Shown here piece after piece: positions 51,944-64,000 of a stretch of 64,000 nucleotides of DNA. The translations under genes and the position numbers were made by a program. The DNA is taken from positions 110,112,001 to 110,176,000 of the forward strand of contig NC_042997.1 of the NCBI RefSeq assembly GCF_006345805.1. The letters run 5' to 3'. Below the pieces are notes generated by a model. The model did not search any database and was not told the DNA's origin. It saw only the letters and a program-made list of their open reading frames with translations. How positions within the stretch are numbered: position 1 is the stretch's first letter; each line of letters begins with the position of its first letter. This stretch comes from Octopus sinensis (lineage: Eukaryota).

Positions 51944-53152
51944 TCATATGTTGTGGTGTGCGCTATTGCTCCATTCTAGTTTTCTATTCAGGCTAGGTTT
52001 ATTTTCTATTATATGTGTAGCTTCTGTAATTTGTCTAATTGTTGCATCTGTTCTATGTGTGGACAATATCTTAATCTCTATGTTATTGATTGATCCCCCG
52101 TGTTCTTGTTCGGCGTGTTGGTACAGAATCGATGCGCTTTTACCTTCCTTGAGTTGTCTCCAATGTTCATTCACCCGCTCACCAATGCTTCTTGCAGTTT
52201 CCCCTACGTATGTTACTGTCTTGTTACTGCATCGTCCCTCTATACATCTTATACTATAGACCACATTTCTGGCTTTACAGTTCGTTTGTGGGCTAAATCT
52301 ACATACAGTGCAATAGTTATCCGTACAGAGAGTTCTACTAAAAGGATAGCTTCTACCAATTATAGATCTGATAGGGTTGCCTGGCTTTTCAACAACCATA
52401 ATTCTTAGTTTAAGTTTATCTAGGGTCCTTCTAAAGCGGTACGCTAGTTCACCTCCAGGGGTGGTGTCAACGAACATGACACTCTGGTATTTATGGCTAT
52501 CATACCAAGAGTTGGCCTTCCCTATTTTCTTTTTTGTCCTTTCTATAGTGTTCCATGACTTGTTCCTATAGAGTGGGCAAATCCCATTCCTATCATTACA
52601 TAATATATTATCAAATTTCTTCATGGCTCCTTTGTATACTCTGATCCTTTCTTTATGGCTGTAACCTGAGAACTGCATGCGGTGAATGAAATACTGTATG
52701 TGTCTCTTTAATTCTGTAGGCTCGCACATGCGTGACACATTTCTCATTATTCTGACGAGGTCTGCCATCAAAATATTGAATTTGGCATTGTCCGCAATGG
52801 CTGAGTTCCGGTGGATCAGGTATTTTGAGGCCATAGGTTTTGCATAGTATGAATGAAGGATTTGGGTTTTATTTTTCACAATTTCTAGCCAGAGTTCAGT
52901 GTCTAGTACTGGTAGTCTATGGTTGGGGTGTTTAGTGGGGTAGTCTATTGTGACCTTAATACTCTGGTGGATGGAGTTAGCTATTTGCTGGATGCTCTCC
53001 ATAGTATTAGTTTCTATTACTATATCAACAGTACTCTCTTGTGGGGGTGCCTTTACTACTATATTGATATCATCAACATAGCGAGAGTACATGTTTACGA
53101 GTATGGATTTCTGCAGTAGGCATTCTTTAAGCCTTCTGTCCCACCATACCAT
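51944..53152 (-). CDS. PLE1 5'-truncated copy: open 402-aa RT C-terminus, thumb and GIY-YIG endonuclease
   Basis: YSRYVDDINI, LPVLD, CTDNYCTVC, NVVYSIRC..YVGETARSIGERVNEH, ITEATHIIENKPSLN; uninterrupted frame. Confidence 0.9.
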   Translation of the reverse strand: MVWWDRRLKECLLQKSILVNMYSRYVDDINIVVKAPPQESTVDIVIETNTMESIQQIANSIHQSIKVTIDYPTKHPNHRLPVLDTELWLEIVKNKTQILHSYYAKPMASKYLIHRNSAIADNAKFNILMADLVRIMRNVSRMCEPTELKRHIQYFIHRMQFSGYSHKERIRVYKGAMKKFDNILCNDRNGICPLYRNKSWNTIERTKKKIGKANSWYDSHKYQSVMFVDTTPGGELAYRFRRTLDKLKLRIMVVEKPGNPIRSIIGRSYPFSRTLCTDNYCTVCRFSPQTNCKARNVVYSIRCIEGRCSNKTVTYVGETARSIGERVNEHWRQLKEGKSASILYQHAEQEHGGSINNIEIKILSTHRTDATIRQITEATHIIENKPSLNRKLEWSNSAHHNI

Positions 53153-53350
53153 GAAGTAAGGAGAGACACAAGTAAGTGAGAAGAAAACAAAGGACCACTG
53201 ATGCGGTCACAGGAGTGTGACGAAAGAACTTTGGCCGAAATAAGATTAAGATTAATGTAAAAAATAAATATCACTGAAGCAAAATAACACCAAATATATA
53301 GTGCGTGTGTTTTTATTGGCTAAACTGGCAATATGACCATTCCGAAATAT

Positions 53351-53391
<41 letters not shown>

Positions 53392-53565
53392 TATACATGA
53401 TGGACTCTGTCGCCCAAGACGACATATGAGCGTTCAGTTTTTGCCGAATGACTTGCACAAAGGATTTGTTGATAGTAATCAAATGTTCATGCCCCACATT
53501 AGTTTAAAATCTTCATCAAATCGACCTTGTCTGAACAGGTGTACGGTGTACCACGCGTTTGGAGG
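53392..53565. repeat. Unclassified dispersed repeat (copy 2)
   Basis: Homologous to 14160-14397; starts next to (TA)n. Confidence 0.55.
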
Positions 53566-53847
53566 CCCTTGCATAGGCTGAATGACAACGAAAACAGGTC
53601 TCGTTTGGAAAATATAATCTTGTACTTCAAAATCTTTCATGGCTACAGATGCACTAAAGTTTATTCTGCAAAAATTCCATTTTTCTAAATACAAAATCTT
53701 TTAAGTAGTAAGTGATTTTTCTCGCTCTAGTTTTTGTGTTGCGTATATAAAACCTCACCTTGTGAAAACACACTATTATGTCTTTCAGTAAAACTATTCT
53801 ACAAAAATATCTGTTCTGTAAAAACATATTTTTGCATTTTTACTTTC

Positions 53848-53891
<44 letters not shown>

Positions 53892-53892
53892 G

Positions 53893-53928
<36 letters not shown>

Positions 53929-54050
53929 CGGAAAGATATTTCCCTGTAATGTCAAAAAAGAAAATTTTCTTTTTCTTTAAACAAATATATAATATATGTT
54001 ATATATATATATATATAATATATATATACATACATACATACATACATACA

Positions 54051-54084
<34 letters not shown>

Positions 54085-54098
54085 CATACATACATACA

Positions 54099-54134
<36 letters not shown>

Positions 54135-54192
54135 TGTATGTATATACAATGTTTAACGCTTTTCAATCCTTTTTAATGACTGTTCCTATATT

Positions 54193-54277
<85 letters not shown>

Positions 54278-54298
54278 ATGTATATATGTATATATATA

Positions 54299-54330
<32 letters not shown>

Positions 54331-54492
54331 GTGTGTGTGTGTGTATGTGTGTGTGTGTGTGTGTAAAGACATACGCATATAAATAATAATAATAATAAAA
54401 ATAATGATAATAATAATATTCATAATAATAATAATAATAATAATAATATTAATAATAATAATGATGATAATATTAGTAATAATAAAAATAAA

Positions 54493-54538
<46 letters not shown>

Positions 54539-54596
54539 GTAATAATAATAATAAAACACATTTTCAGCCCTTTTTAAAAACCCTTTCCTAATTGTG

Positions 54597-54638
<42 letters not shown>

Positions 54639-54654
54639 TATATACACAATATAT

Positions 54655-56220
54655 ATCCTAGCCATAGATGAAGTGGACACAAACTCAACTGGTGGTCCTG
54701 ATAGTTTCCCAGCAATCCTCCTCAAATCGTGTAAGCATGCCCTGGCAAAACCCCTCCATATTCTCTTCCAGTGCTTTCTTACAAATGGCAAACTGCCAAA
54801 CAAGCTGAAGGAGGGAATAACATGCCGAATCCATAAAGGGGGAAGCAGAGTAGATGCCAAAAACTATAGGCCTATCTCTGACTTTACACATCAGCAAAGT
54901 CATGGAACGGATAGTCAGAGGGAAACTAATCGCATTCTTTGAAGAAAATAACTTATTGAGTGATACCCCGGATGGATTTCGACCAAGTAGGAGCTGCCTG
55001 ACCCAGCTCTTGCAACATAATGACTGGATGTTGAGGCAGTTACTCAACAACTAAAATGTGGACGTAATATACCTTGATTTTGCAAAAGCTTTTGACAAAG
55101 TGGGTCATGGTATTATATGCCACAAACTGCGTAATCTCGACATAATTGGAGCCACCGCTATGAAAACACAAATAGTGGGTGGTGTTCCACAGGGCACTGT
55201 CTTGGGACCACTGCTTTTTATAGTGGCCCTCTCAGATATACCCTCAACTGCCCGGATAGCCACCCTTGCAAGCTAAGCAGACGATACGAAAGTCTCGCAG
55301 AAAATACAGAACCCCAGCGATGTTGCACATCTGCAGCAGGAATTGGACTCAATTTACAGATGAGCTGAGGATAATAATATGCAAATTAATGCTGAAAAAT
55401 TCCAACCCCTGCGTTATCATCGTCCAAAACTGAACATGAAATTTACAGGGTACACTGGTCCACGGAAATTTCAATCCCAGAGCCTAAATCAGTGAGGGAC
55501 CTGGGTATCGACATGAGTGATAATACCTCTTTCCAAGTGCACATTACCAGGATGGCAACAGATGGCTGAATGGATCCTGTGAACAGGATAAGGAAACCAT
55601 GATGGTCCTCTGGAGGACATTCGTCCCCAGCCGCCTGGATTACTGCTCACAGCTGCCGTCACCCATCAATGTGAAATTAACAGCGGACCTTGAAGCAATC
55701 CAGAGAAGACTCACAAAGATCGTCTCTTTGTAATTGTTCAGCTACTGGGAAAGGCTGAAACAGCTAAAACTCTACTCCCTGGAGAGAAGACGGGAGAGGT
55801 ATACAGTAATATATATCTGGAAGATCCTGGAAGGAATTGTGCCAAATTTTGGCATTGAAAGCTACACCAATGCCAGAACGGGACGACACTGCATAGTGCC
55901 AAAGATCCCAGCAATGCCATCACGCTTCAGGACCAGTTACTGCAACAGCCTGGGTTTCAGGGGCCCACATATTTTTCATATTCTCCCAAACAGCCTGAGG
56001 AACCTGCACAAAGTAGATATAGGAGTTTTTAAATCAAAGCTGGACCTCTTCCTGTCAGGAGTCCCAGATGAACCTACCTCACGGCAAGAGGTGCAAATGA
56101 AGGTCGCTACATCAAACTCCATTCTTCACCAAGTGCCACATATTGGAGAAGGCTCTCAGTAATAATAGTGTAGCAAAACGGCAGTGCATCAGCATGGCTG
56201 CATCTATGAGCTGAAACTAC
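54655..56220 (+). mobile_element. CR1/L2-group LINE 3' fragment (copy c; RT pseudogene)
   Basis: GPDSFP, IHKGGSR..NYRPIS, GFRPSRSCLTQL, YLDFAKAFDKV, GVPQGTVLGPLLF, *ADD (catalytic Y changed to stop), LYSLERRRERY; apparent internal deletion before GVPQG; tail at 56177-56220. Confidence 0.92.
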
Positions 56221-56252
56221 AGAATATATATATACATATATACAAAACCTTG

Positions 56253-56360
<108 letters not shown>

Positions 56361-56406
56361 TTATCTATATGTATATATATGTATGTGTGTGTGTGTGTAT
56401 ATATAT

Positions 56407-59400
56407 AAAGTAAAAACCATAGACGAGGAAATCAACGAAGAAGTCATCAAACTAATAGACGGCAACAATACTGAAACATTACCAGCACTATGGAATGAAG
56501 AATGTGAAAAAGAGGAACTTAAGTCCCTCCAACGATGGGAAAAGAGCGCCATCTGGTTTCTAGATTATGAAACCAACTTCAAAAATGAACACATATCCAA
56601 CAACCCCTTCATAAAATTAAGCAAATCAAAACCAAATACCAACAGAACGGAACAACCACCAAGAAATCCTACCACACTCTACACCAGAAAAGTACACCTA
56701 AAACACACCCCACACTACCTACACCAACCCCAAAACACCTACAGAAGCCCACCACACCAGTTCGAAAATAGACATACCAACAGAGCAGAACAACCACTAA
56801 GAAATCCAAACACACTCTACACCAGAAAAATGCATTTAAAACGCACCCCACACTACCTACACCAACCCCAAAACACTTATAGGGTCCCACCACACCATTC
56901 CACGAACCTAAGAGCCACAACATACAATACTATAAAATACAACCCACATAACCAAACCAAAACGCTACTACCAAACATCCACCCCAGGAACCAACCATAC
57001 AACCATAACAAACAACAAATGCACTACGGAGGAAACAACTACCAACACAATATACCTGAGGAACTAAGACGGAACACTAGGTTCAACAACAGACTCCAGA
57101 ACAGAGCACCACAACTCACTCTGACAATTATAACAACATGAGACAGATAAATAATAGCTTTGAACATAACTACACCAACCATTTTTTAGACCCCACACAC
57201 AGGAACAGGGACACACGATGGCAAAGGACAAACAAAAGAAACCTCAGGTAATTAAGATAATCTCTCAAACAAAGAACTTACACCTAACGAAATAAGCATA
57301 CTCTCCAAAGGACTTAAATTTACACCCACCCCACAACGTTCTAATTACTATGAAATGAAAGATGATATTTCGGAATTTTGCAGAAAACTAAGACTCACCG
57401 AGGCATTTCAAGACAAACAAATAGAGGAGGACTCAATAGCTAGAAACAAGAGCAATTACACCCCCACCAAAGGTAAGAATAAAGCCTTAGACCGCTATTG
57501 TGACTACATAACTAATTTCCCGTTTCAATTCATCAAGAAACAAAAACACAGCCCTAACTTCAACAAAAGAGAATGGAACGACCTCATCAAACTAAGAGAA
57601 GACAAAACAACAATTAAGGAGGCAGATAAGAGCAACGCGATAGTAATAATGAATACAAACAATTATAAAAATTTAGTGCTATCCCTATTAAGAGATGAAA
57701 CGTATTATGAAAGGGCCCAACAGTATAACCAGCAAAAAATAATGCATAACCTTAGGACATTAATCAACACATACCAAGAAGGACTCACGAACAAGGAGTA
57801 TGAATACATCACTAACTTCAAATGCAAATCGAGTTTGTTCTATGGTATCCCTAAGGTACACAAAAGCCAAACCATTAGAGAAACGTGCAAAACAACCACC
57901 GACACACTCATCAAAATCCCTTCACCAAATGATCTTAAACTAAGACCGATAATAGCAGGACCAGCATGTGAAACTCACCGCCTCAGCAATTTCTTAGACA
58001 CACTTCTTAAACCTTTCCTAAAACACATCAAAAGCTACGTAAGAGACGATATAGATATGCTCAACCACCTCCCTAAAACAGTCAATGAGAAAACCCTTCT
58101 AGTATCATTCGACGTAGTTAATCTTTATTCTAACATCCCTCACAACCTAGGAATAGAAGCGATCACCTTCTGGCTGAATAACTACCCCTTTGAACTCCCA
58201 ACTCGCATAAACAAAGACCTTATAATAGAAGGACTTAGATTCATTTTAGAGAACATTATTTTATTTTTGACAATGATTTCTACAGGCAAAGATCGGGAAC
58301 AGCGATGGGCACGCGTACTGCACCATCTTTTGCCAACCTAGTGATGGGATACCTCGAGAAAATACTATACCGGATGACACTCGAGAAATATGGAAACACC
58401 TTCGCCACCTATATCCATAACAACTGGAAAAGATACCTCGATGACTGTTTCATCATCTGGGACAATGGTATAGAGAAACTTGAGGAATTTAAAATACTAT
58501 TAAATGGAATAAATGACAATATAAAATTCACGATGGACCACAACGAAAAAGAATTACCATTTTTAGACATCCTCATTAAGAAAACCGGCAACAAAATAGA
58601 GACAGATATCTACTATAAACCGACAGACTCTAAACAGTACCTACCCTTTGATTCATGCCACCCACGACACACTAGAATGAATGTCCCTTTTTGTTTAGCT
58701 AGAAGGATTTGCACCATAATATCAGACACAAACACCCGACACACACGTCTCCAGGAACTTAGAACCACACTCACAGATAGAAACTATCCACAGCCCCTAA
58801 TAGACAGTGCAATCCAACGGGTACTTAAATTAAGTATAGAAGACCTGAGACAAACAAAACCAAAAAAGAAAGAACAATTAAAAACCCTTCTCTACATCTC
58901 TACACACAACCCACTCAACAATGAGGCCTTCAACACCATACTACAAAGCACAGCCCTACTAAAGGGAGACCCAAAGATGAACCGGATCCTCGAAACACAC
59001 ACCATCATTAAAAGTAAACGGCAACCAAAATCCTTGAAAAGGATTTTAACCCAAGCTACACTGCACTCAACATCAACCACAAAACCAGCAGTTAGAAAAT
59101 GTGGAGGCCCAACTGCGGAATCTGTGTCATCTTGAAAGAAGGATCAGAATTTATACTGGAACAAGGCCACCAGTTCACCATTAGAACAAACTTCACCTGC
59201 GCATCAGAAAACTTAATTTACGTCATAACATGCGCAGGCTGCAATAGGCAGTATATAGGCCATACAAAAAATAGCTTACGTAACAGGATGGCGGTGCATA
59301 AATCACAAATTAGAAACCCTGATTACCGCAAAATACCGGTCAGCGGACACATAGATAGATGTGCTGGAAATGTAAATCCGAAATTTACAACTAACCCGCT

Positions 59401-59506
59401 CTATAAATTCAGTGACAACGCAACCTTCACACAACGCCAAAATAAAGAACTATATTTCATAAAAAAATTTAGACCAAGTTTAAACACCCTGGGCCAGGAA
59501 TACTAA
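56407..59506 (+). pseudogene. PLE2 ORF with frameshifts
   Basis: NLSNKELT..KGLKFTPTP, YGIPKVHK, LRPIIAG, SFDVVNLYSNI, MGTRTAPSFANL, RYLDD, LPFLD, LIYVITCAGCNRQYIGHT. Confidence 0.9.
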
Positions 59507-59675
59507 AACAAAAGATAAGTCCTCCGAAAAGGAGAAGCAAAATTCCACCACGGCCGCTACTTCAAACAGACACTCACTCTGACGGAAATATGCCTAAGTA
59601 AAAAAGGGAAAAAAATTCTTTCGTGCAAATCTGACCCTGATACATACGATACAGCTAAGGGTCAGACCCGATTCT

Positions 59676-60138
59676 GATTGGTCAACAAGTTGATGACGTC
59701 TAGCTCAGCTAGAATGGACAGGATACAAACAGGGGACAGTCATTAGTCAGAATATTGATGACGTCCTTTTCTGCTTGAATAGTCACCTAACAAGTACAGA
59801 CAGGGGGCAGATCTAATGTAGCTATAAGTCGTGATTGGGCAGGATCTGCATGACGTCCCGTTCTGCTTGACTAACGAAGCGATTGGTCAACACAGGAAAC
59901 AAACAAGAGGCAGTTATAATGCAGCGATTGGTCAAAATAATGATGACGTCCCGTTCTACTTGACTAACGAAGCGACTGGTCAAAACAGGAAACAAACAAG
60001 AGGCAGTTATAATGCAGCGATTGGTCAAAATAATGATGACGTCCCGTTCTACTTGACTAAAGCCACCTAACGAAACGATTGGTCAAAACGTTGATGACGT
60101 CACGCTACGCTGGATTGACCACAACAGGCATTATAAAA
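59676..60138 (+). promoter_or_regulatory. Array of CCAAT-box/CRE composite modules followed by a TATA box in the PLE2 3' region
   Basis: GATTGG-N12-TGACGTC at 59676, 59833, 59926, 60019, 60077 plus CATTAG-N12-TGACGTC at 59741; full TGACGTCA at 60095-60102; TATAAAA at 60132-60138. Confidence 0.6.
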
Positions 60139-60480
60139 CCGAGCACTTCACAAAAACTCATTAGAACCACCCAGCGAACATCCACCATGGGTCATCACAT
60201 TTGCTTAAGGTAAAAATGAATTCCTCGCTCTTTCGGAAACATCAATCTTCTGTATTGACCGCTTTCCACCACTTTGATCTGTTTTTTTGTATTGAATACG
60301 TATCGCCACCGTGGGCCACTGCATCGAACACTTTGAACATATACTTCAAACTATATATCAACTATACATGAACTATATATCAACTATACATGAACTCTAA
60401 GATGTCTGACTCCGTTGTGTATTATAAATGATTTTCTTGTGTTTGACGGCATGAGCTGTCTTTTTTTATATATAACTTTT

Positions 60481-60520
60481 TTGATAAAGTTCATTTCAGG
60501 AACTGAAACATGTTATAATG
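60481..60520 (+). ncRNA. Decayed hammerhead-like motif at the PLE2 3' end
   Basis: TTGATAA-AGTTC ATTTCAG GAACT-GAAA-CATG-T-T; stem II and ACATGT palindrome intact, two core substitutions, no clear stem I. Confidence 0.4.
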
Positions 60521-60574
60521 TATATATAAAAATAAAAATTGTATAATACAGCAGCATTTTCGAACTTCATTTTT

Positions 60575-60619
<45 letters not shown>

Positions 60620-60964
60620 CACACACGTACATATGTAAGTATAAGTCGGAAATAGCGAGAAAGACAGACAGAGAAAGAGAAAAAGAGGTAGAGGTGTGGG
60701 AGATGGTTGGCATTGGAGAATTAACGGTGGAAAAGAAGGGCGTGGAATGTAGGGGACGGTGAAGGTGGTGGCTAAAATTTTAATTCATATATTTAGACTG
60801 TGAATGAAGACAAGGATCTTTCTGAGAATTTATATTTAGAATATGAATTACGATGAAGGATTATCTCCCTTGATATCAACTCTTCAATCATTTACATCTC
60901 TTAAGTGCTGAAATGATCTGTCGAGATATCTCTTAATGCAACTCGTTACTGACCTGTACAACAC

Positions 60965-60966
60965 TA

Positions 60967-61003
<37 letters not shown>

Positions 61004-61029
61004 TATTATTATTGTTGTTGTTGTTGTTG

Positions 61030-61060
<31 letters not shown>

Positions 61061-61420
61061 CATCATCATCAAAATTATTATTATTGTCATTAATAGTAGT
61101 AGTAGTAGCTGTTGTAGTATTTATAATAATATTAGTACTCTTCTTGATCATCATCATCGTCATCTCCTCTATAATCATCATCATCATCGTCGTCGTCTTC
61201 GTCTTCTTCTTCTTCTTCTTCTTCTTCTTCTTCTTCTTCTTCTTCTTCTTCTTTTCTTCTTCTTCTTCTTCTCCTCCTCCTCCTCCTCCTTCTTCATCTA
61301 CTTCTCCTCCTTTTCTCCTCCTCCTACTTCTTCTTCATCTTCTTCTTCTTCTTCTTCTTCTTCTCCTCCTCCTCCTCCTCCTTCTTCTTCCACTTCTCCC
61401 TCCTCCTTCTCCCTCCTCCT
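60965..61420. repeat. Compound (AAT)/(TTG)/(CAT)/(CTT)/(CCT)n simple repeats
   Basis: Successive trinucleotide tracts. Confidence 0.95.
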
Positions 61421-61879
61421 ATCCATCTCTACTCGTTCTTGACACAGATCTAATCGACACATACTTAGCCGATGGTTCCGTCAACAGTAATTTGTTAAGT
61501 GACTTCCATGCTATAAGTCATTATTGATAAATTCTATCAAATTTCAGATAATGATTCCTTAATTTCGAAAATTGCGCGCCGCAAATTTACAAACCATTCA
61601 GGCATTGCATCTTATATTCATTTTCTAAAACACAGACTGCGGCACAATTGTGTGCGCGCACGCACACACACACTTTTGCGATGTGTGCACACAAATACAC
61701 ACGCTAATAGTCAAACGCATATACGCATTAAAAGACACACACACACACACGCACGCACACACACACACGCATATGTATTTACAATGAGCAATAACACACA
61801 CATACACCTAAGTACGGCGCAGACGTGATAACATCTGGAAAGTTCAAAATCCCATAAATGAATAATGAATAAATTATGT

Positions 61880-62440
61880 TGATGGTGATGGTGATGATGA
61901 TGATGATAATGACGACGACGACGATGTTGTTGTTGATGATGATGATGATGATGATGATGATAATGATGTTGATGACGATGATGATGATGATGATGATGAT
62001 AATGATGATGTTGATGATGATGAAGATGATGATAATGATGGTGATGGCGATGATGATAATGATGATGATGATGATGATGATGAGGATGATGATGAGGATG
62101 ATGATGAGGATGATGATGAGGGTGATGAGGATGATGATGATGATGATAATGATGAAGATGATGATGATGATGATGATGGTGATGGTGATGGTGTTGGTGC
62201 GGAAGGGAAGCTATGATGGTGATGGTGTTGGTGGTGTTGATGATGGTGATAGTCACGGTGACTGTGATGACGAGAAGGGAATGATGATAGTGATGACGAC
62301 GACGACGATGGCAATGATGGCGGTGGTTATAACGATGGTGGTGGTTGTTATGGTGGTGGCGATGCTGATGATGATGATGATGATAATGACGATGATGAGG
62401 ATAATGTTGATGATGATGTAGGCGATGACAATGATGATGG

Positions 62441-62493
<53 letters not shown>

Positions 62494-62770
62494 TTGATGA
62501 TGATAATGACGATGATGAGGATAATGGTGATGATGATGTAGGTGAGGGATAAAGCTGGCGGTAGGATTTATAATGGCGTTGGTGGTTGTGGTGGTAGTGA
62601 CGATGTGACGACAATGATGATAATGACGATGATGGTAACGATGATGATGATCATCATGATGATGAATGTGGAGGATGATGCTGGTGCCTACTGTGCTGGT
62701 GGTGCTGCTGCTGATAATCACGACGATGGTCCAATGATGATGATGATGATGATGATGATAATGATAACGG
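61880..62770. repeat. Long degenerate (GAT)n array
   Basis: About 890 bp of GAT/GAC/GGT triplets; source of poly-His/Met/Ser ORFs. Confidence 0.95.
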
Positions 62771-63679
62771 AAAGAGAATGTTAAGGCTGATAATGGTCAT
62801 GATGATGATGGTTTTAACGCTCCTTACATTTTCCTCAGAAGATGCCTCACAAGAAAACAATGTTTCCCCTACGTAGATTCCCGAATTGCTACAGAAAGCA
62901 ACGAAATACACTTCAAATCAAGCATCAACATCACAAAGAAGGAAATGCACAGTGGACCAAGTTACTGTAGATGTTCCTGGTGAACTTTCGTAGCCTAGTG
63001 GTTAGGTCGTTGACACAGTCTACTCAGCTGTGAATCAGTACCACCCTAATGCTGGTACAGATCCCCCTCTCTCTCCCTTTCTCTCATCAGCTGACACATT
63101 TTGGGCGTTCTGCTAAGTCCAAGATGAGAAGGCAAAAGAGCGCCAATATCGACTCGCGACTAAATAGGCATCTAAACACTAAGCGAAAGCATGGTACAAC
63201 TTACTAGGTCCTTCTCGGTTGCGAATGATGCTTTTAAATATCCTTAATAACACCGGATGGTTACGCCGGGAAAGATTTTGATCTCAGATTTGCTTCATCA
63301 GGATTGAACAGGCCTAAGCAACAACACTAGCAACCAACAGGACTTTATGTACATAAATGTGGGATTTACAATTTTAGTGGAACATTAGTAAAACAAAACT
63401 ACAAGTAAACTGTCAACTATTCTCTTCTGATATCTATATTTTGGGCAGATATGCTCCTTTTCACATCAAAAGGAGCCGGGTTCTGCACTTGTGGTTAGCT
63501 ATTTGGTAACATTTTGCCGAATATTCTGCTTAACACACACACACACGCAATAACCAGCACTTCGGTATTAATAACTGGGTACACTACCAGCAGTATATTG
63601 GATAGATACTATCCCTTAGTTGGTTGGATTCACAACTTTTAACTCTCACTGAATTACACACACACACACACACACAGAC

Positions 63680-63748
<69 letters not shown>

Positions 63749-64000
63749 TATATGCATACATATATATATATATAAAAATTCCACACAGCCTTGGTTTTGT
63801 TGTCTCATTTTATTTAACACACACACACACACACACACATATTCATGTATATAGATATATAAACATAAATACATACATACAAGCACAAAACGCGCACACG
63901 CACACATATACAGAACTTCCAGATGTTTCGGTTTGCACTTAAAGGTCAGTAACTCTTAATTTAGTTGGCCGTGTATCCTTTCTTTTGGCCGGAAAGAAAT

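Larger units (their letters stand above)
56407..60578 (+). mobile_element. Penelope-like retroelement PLE2 (Neptune-like), 5'-truncated
   Basis: RT and GIY-YIG ORF pieces plus about 1 kb 3' region; (TA)n on both sides; C-x4-C-x2-C linker (CGGPNCGIC across a frameshift) as in Neptune-type PLEs. Confidence 0.92.

Noticed and set aside
61711-62721. 336-aa His-rich and 181-aa Met-rich ORFs
   Set aside because: Alternative frames of the (GAT)n array.

Overview
AT-rich, microsatellite-saturated animal DNA with one 100-N gap (26526-26625). The SINE families and repeat density suggest an octopod cephalopod (inference, not verified). No host gene could be identified with confidence; nearly all listed ORFs are translations of simple repeats or transposon remnants. 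Recognisable content: (1) two near-complete Penelope-like elements (PLEs; RT + C-terminal GIY-YIG). PLE1 (47276-53358, minus) is a partial tandem with an inverted terminal copy; PLE2 (about 56407-60578, plus) has a promoter-like 3' region. A third, decayed PLE fragment lies at about 14560-15240. (2) Three CR1/L2-group LINE 3' fragments whose 3' tail is shared with tRNA-derived SINEs. (3) Four RLE-type non-LTR fragments (R4/Dong-like and HERO-like). (4) Tc1, mariner and pogo/Tigger-like remnants and MITEs. (5) About 14 tRNA-derived SINE copies of several families. The most striking unexplained structure is a dispersed set of 14 minimal type I hammerhead-ribozyme motifs, from canonical to decayed. 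Most lie outside any protein-coding PLE, several sit in a short non-coding family embedded in microsatellites, and they fall into classes defined by different palindromic stem III sequences. All calls were made by eye and coordinates of decayed elements are approximate.
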